Positions 56,401-64,000 of a DNA stretch of 64,000 nucleotides are shown here, one piece after another. Below the pieces are notes generated by a model. That model saw only the letters and a list, made by a program, of their open reading frames with translations. It searched no databases and was not told where the DNA came from. The position numbers and the translations under genes are program-made. The stretch is from assembly GCF_009914755.1 (NCBI RefSeq), contig NC_060928.1; one strand, 5' to 3'. Each line of letters begins with the position of its first letter. Position 1 is the stretch's first letter. Source of the stretch: the human T2T-CHM13v2.0 reference genome, Homo sapiens.

Positions 56401-59400
56401 AGTATCTCATAGTTTCTTTTATTAACACAAACTATTTTCACTTTCTCCAATGACAAATTACCCAAAATTAGGTTTTTTACACCTATTATGACTGAACATG
56501 ATGAGAAATTCATGTGTAGACCACAGGTGTGTATTGCAAGCATTATGAACCCTTCGGTGGCAAGGGAAGTGATTGTTAACAATGCAAGGACCAAGCAGAA
56601 AGAGGGAGTCATTTATTTTGGTGGCAGACAGAAATCCTAGTTTTCAAAATATTAAAAAATATAAAGTATTTGTTGTTGATATTCAAAATAGCCATTTTAA
56701 GTTCTACCCACAAGTATATTTTTTAAATATGTTATGAAAGCGTGTTTGAAAACATCCGTTGTGTCACTATATTCAAAAAGAAAAAAAGCCTACTCTTTTA
56801 TTATTATTTCAATATCCATTGAATGCCAAAAATGTGGCAAGCATTGCATGCAGCAGAAGCAATATCCAGTGAATGCACCATTTACAGGAAACAGAGAAAA
56901 TCGATCTTTGTGAGAGGACAGGAATGTAATTCATGCACATGCTGATACCACATGTCCAACATGTATTTGACACATTCATTTGTAATTACTCTCACCTGGC
57001 ATTGTTAATATTGTTGGTAATTTTCCATAGATGACAACTGCTCTCCTACAAAATCTACCAAAGGAACATAAAATGGTCTGACAGGTGAAAAGATGTTGAC
57101 AAGGAACAAAAACATATTTAAAAATTAAATTTATACCAACATCAAACAAGAGCTTTGCAGTAAAAATTGTTGGGAAAGCAAAAAAAGATTCATAAAACTG
57201 AAAGGGTCTTAAGTTTCTAGTTTGGTTGGGTCATTAATGCATTTATTAAAGAGAATTCTGATCTGTTTACTCTTCTCTAGGAAAAAAAACACATGACTGG
57301 TTACTGCTAATAAGTTTTGTTATCCAGTACAGGGTAAAGCCAGTCTCTAAACTGTATGAGTTGTCGGCATTATCTTCCCACATACCAAGAACACTATGAA
57401 TATTCTAAGTATCTAAAGTATAATAAAATAAAAATAGAATAATACTCCATGAAATAATCATAATAACGCAGCAACATTGCATTTGCTGAGTAACCATTTA
57501 TCAGATCAATATCTTATTCTTTAATTATAGGTATGGGAATATAACACTGTCCATTGAGATGCATTCCTATGAGAAATACACGATATAGAATAAAATATAT
57601 TTGTAGAAATTGTAACATATTTTACTTTAATTATAGTCTACCACAGTGTTAATCAAGATAGAACAGATTGCAGTAAGTAATTATTTAGATTTGTCAACAC
57701 CAATATAAAAGGAAAACTAATTCTCATAATTTTCCTGTTTGTTTAATTTTATTTGAGCATAAGACAACATTTGATATTAAGTGTGCCTTACATTCAAGTG
57801 TGCATTAAAGAAAATACTGATTTTCTTCAACTTTATTGAAAACTTTTAAAACTATTAAGTTATTAAATTGATTCACAGACTTTCTCCAAACAATTGCAAT
57901 TTATTAAATTCATCTCATGACTCAAAATCCTTCCTTTAGAAATTAGCATAGCAAAAATATTTAAAATCCAACTCAATACTATGTTTTACAAAATATGCAA
58001 ACACAAAGTATTGAATAGTTGACCCTGTAATAAACCTAATAATGAATTAGTAAGTTATATGGGTTTTTTCCATCGTCATTTCAAAATGGAAAATTTCAAT
58101 GAAAATTGCAAGCTCTAAAATGAAATAATAATGTCTATCAAAATATAATGGGGTCATGGAACCTGAAATTTCTAACTTAAAAAAATTGTCAAGATACGTT
58201 TTTTCAGACTAAAATAAGAAATTTCTGTCTTAGTTGTAATTTTCTCAAAATCACAAAAAAACAGACCAAAAAATAGAAATCAATGCCCCAAGAATGTCAA
58301 ATCTGTTTCAAATTATTTTTTAGAATAAAATATATATGAATAAACAAACAAAACACCATATTCTGCAAAGGAGGTTACACAGATTTTCTTCAGAATATAC
58401 ATAACAAGAAAGCAGGAATAATTTCCTATATATGTTCCAAATAATAAGTAATACCAAATGCTCAATAAATATTCCTTTGATAACAAGCCAGCACAAGTAC
58501 CAGCTGTTAAACATAAGAACTGACCATAAAGTATTTCAATTAATCATCTTGTAATAAGTTTTAAATAACTATCTGTTTTGTTGGGGTGGTTCTTTGTGAG
58601 AGATGCGTGATTAGGCATAAATGACCAAAGTAAAACATTCAGGACTGGAAAAATTTCTATTAAGGCAAAAAATTTTTCCCTCTTAAAGAGATGTAAATCA
58701 AACCCTCAGAATGTTTAAAAATCATACTGATGAAAAACCATAAGGCAAATTATTTAAAGGTAATTATATAATAATTCATGTTCTTCTGCCAATTGAACAT
58801 TTATTAACATTGATTTACGTAATACTTATTAAAATACTTTAAAATGTTGTGCATAGAAATGAAAGCCACCAGAGATCAACAGCCCTTTATTACATACAAA
58901 GGAATTTTACTAATAGATTTTAGCCAACATAGTTTTCTATTCAAAATAATCTCAGAGAAATAAAAGATATACCAATGCAAACATTGTGATGTTGTAGTCT
59001 AAACTGGCTGGGGGTGTTTCTTCTTGCCTGTTGGTGAGCCTATGAGTAGACTTTCTCATAGATGACACAGCTGTCTGCAAGTGCCTACCGTTTTGTCTCA
59101 AAACTTGTAGGGACAGGTGCATCTTGTCATTCTCTGGTATACATTACAGGCCTGCCTTGTTTATCATTCCAAGATGAGCTCCAATGTGAGTAGCACTGAC
59201 AGTGCAGCGTATAATCAAATGCCCTTTGAACTGAGGGACCAGAATTTATTGGTGTTAACACATTTTACAGTTTATAGGGTCATCAGCCCCTTAGCTTCTG
59301 AGACTTTTTTCAAGCTTAGCTTTGAATCTATAAATACAACTGATTTATATCACAAAATTTACCTGAAATATGATGCTTAGTGTTTCATTTCATAAATTCC

Positions 59401-60379
59401 TTACCTCATAAATGAAATATAATTTTAAAAGTTAATAAGATTATGTTTTTCCTTCCCTCATCCATCTCAGCAAGGAATAGTAGCATAATTCTTCAATAAT
59501 GACTTTTCTGTATGGGAGAAAAAGATGTTTTAACATAAATATAGTTAATTTTTGAATAACTGCATTATAATTGTAAATGTGTCTTATAAGCCTGAATTAA
59601 CTTAGAGTTATCTCTGAAAATTATATAGTAGATAAATAATAAGATATGCTATTTTCAAATACTGTAGAAATTTCATGTGTTCTTTTTTATTTTTAGTTAT
59701 CACATTCTATAACTTTTTTATTAATATGAAGAAACAAATTTAAAATACTGTAAGCCATGTTTCTGCTTAACTGAAGTCTGAAGTTAGAGGCCTAAAACAA
59801 GAACAAAGCACAAATAAATGGGATCCAAATCTTAGAAGACATCAAAAAGGGAATGTTCAAGAGTCCTTTCTTGCATAACCTAGCTATTCGAGTTAGCTTT
59901 ACAATCATTTCAATCTTTCAAAATAAAACTGCTGTTTATAATAAAAATTTTTGAATAAAAGAAAATACTGAGTATTTGCACTTTAATGTGGGATCTTGGA
60001 TTTAAATTAGTAATTGATGAGAAGACAAATACTTTTAAGCAAAAAAACTTGAAAGTATTTTTTAAATTATAAGAAGAAAAAACAGTAATTATACCTGAAG
60101 TTACCTGATAATGACTTCAGTTGGAGTTGAATTCAATGATATATATAATTTAATCATACCATAGTTCTCATTTGCTCAGACTGAAGTTAGTTACCTTAAA
60201 CTCAATTAGAAACAAAACCATATTATTTCCAGTAACATGGAATTTGTTCATTGTAATGGCTGTTTAACTTTAAAGGTCTAATTAAAGAATTTCCCGATTT
60301 ATGCAATTGAATTATTTTCTTACTTTTTAATATAGGATGAACTGAAAAGATATAAAATATCATGAAGTATGTGTACTTG

Positions 60380-60770
60380 ACAAGTTTATTGCTTATACAC
60401 AACAGAAACCAACTCTGGCTAACTGGAGCCAAACAGGACTTTCACTGGAAAGTTATTAAACAACTCAAGAATTTGGAGACATGTGGGCAAATAAAGCTAA
60501 GAGAATTGGAAGGAACCAAGGGAATCTAGGTCATCAAGAACCCAGACAAAATTCAAATGCAATCCCTGGAGCAGCCACAACTGTATCCTCCCCACTGAGC
60601 CCCTCAACTCTCAACCTCACTGCCTTCACTTCTATGGAACATTAGCAAAATAGCATCTGCCGTAGCAACTAACCCTCCTCCTTCACATTAGTAGATTCAG
60701 GCTAAAAGTCTCAGAGAGAAGGCACCTCATATGGGTTTTGGGATATCAATTCCATATTGGAAGCAAAGTC
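60380..60770 (-). mobile_element. Old MLT1-family LTR (subfamily uncertain)
   Basis: caacagaaaccaactctggctaact...ggaaggaaccaaggg typical of antisense old MLT1. Confidence 0.55.
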
Positions 60771-60776
60771 TCAAAG

Positions 60777-61033
60777 TCTTATGTGTTGAATTGTGTCTCC
60801 ACAACATCTGTTTGTTGCAGTCCTAATCCTGAGTACTTTAGAACGTGACCTTATTTGGAAATAGGGTAATTGCAGACATATTTATATATAATAATAGTTT
60901 AGATGAGGTCGTGCTTGAGTAAGGTGGGCTCTTAATTCAATATGACTCATGTCCTTATAAAAGGGGAAATTTGGAGACAGACAAGCACACAGGGAGAGTT
61001 CCATGTGAATATTAAGGCAGACATTGGGTGATT
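60777..61033 (+). mobile_element. MLT1B-like LTR, 5' part
   Basis: ttgaattgtgtctcc...gtgaccttatttggaaataggg...gatgaggtc...gtccttataaaaggggaaatttggagacag. Confidence 0.85.
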
Positions 61034-61358
61034 CAAAGTAACTACCTAACAAACTATGACAGAATCAAAGCCTCACATATCAATATTACCTTTGAATGTA
61101 CATAGTCTAAATGCTGCACTTAAAATATCTAGATTGGCAAACTGGATAAAAAGAAAAAAAAAACAAAGAGAGACCCAATCATCTACTGCTACAAGAGACC
61201 CACCTAATCTGTAATGACACCCTCAAGCTCAATGTAAAGGGGTGAAGAAAGATACATCATGCAAATGGAAAACAACACAGAGCAGGGATTGCTATTCTTT
61301 TATCAGATAAAACAGATTTTAAACCAGTAACAGTGAATAAAAAGACAATTAAGGGCAG
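61034..61358 (+). mobile_element. L1 (old L1PA/L1PB-type) ORF2 start, EN domain, interrupted by THE1
   Basis: atgacagaatcaaagcctcacatatcaatatt...caagagacccaccta...tcagataaaacagattttaaacc; appears to resume at 63992. Confidence 0.85.
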
Positions 61359-63986
<2,628 letters not shown>

Positions 63987-64000
63987 GGTAGTATATAAGG

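Noticed and set aside
57031-57084. 54-nt segment between ttttccatAG and CAG|GTGAAA as a coding micro-exon
   Set aside because: Stop codons in all three frames and only moderate splice sites.

Overview
AT-rich primate (probably human or another hominoid) non-coding DNA, either intergenic or deep intronic. By eye roughly 55-65% is interspersed repeat: a near-full-length L1PA7/8-like LINE, a 5'-truncated L1PA4/5, older L1MA/MB/MC/MD/ME, HAL1-like, L2 and MIR fragments, seven Alus, solo LTRs (LTR46-like, THE1D, MER93-like, MLT1D, MLT2B, MER51A, LTR12C, LTR16-like, LTR10-like), a complete THE1 provirus, and MER1B and MER44 DNA transposons. I can support no intact protein-coding gene, RNA gene or CRISPR array; the ORF track is repeat-derived or chance. 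I see no novel multi-gene system. The best signals are: (i) three short insertions apparently copied from sequence 2-5 kb away in this window, plus a 68-bp identical tract between two inverted AluYs, suggesting repeated local templated repair or gene conversion; (ii) a 366-bp non-repeat retrocopy with AATAAA, poly(A) and a 13-bp TSD; (iii) a perfect DR5 (AGGTCA-N5-AGGTCA) in unique DNA about 0.6 kb from an LTR12C that points towards it; (iv) a few candidate splice-bounded exons. Subfamily names come from recalled consensus sequences, not from a RepeatMasker run. Boundaries of old elements are approximate.
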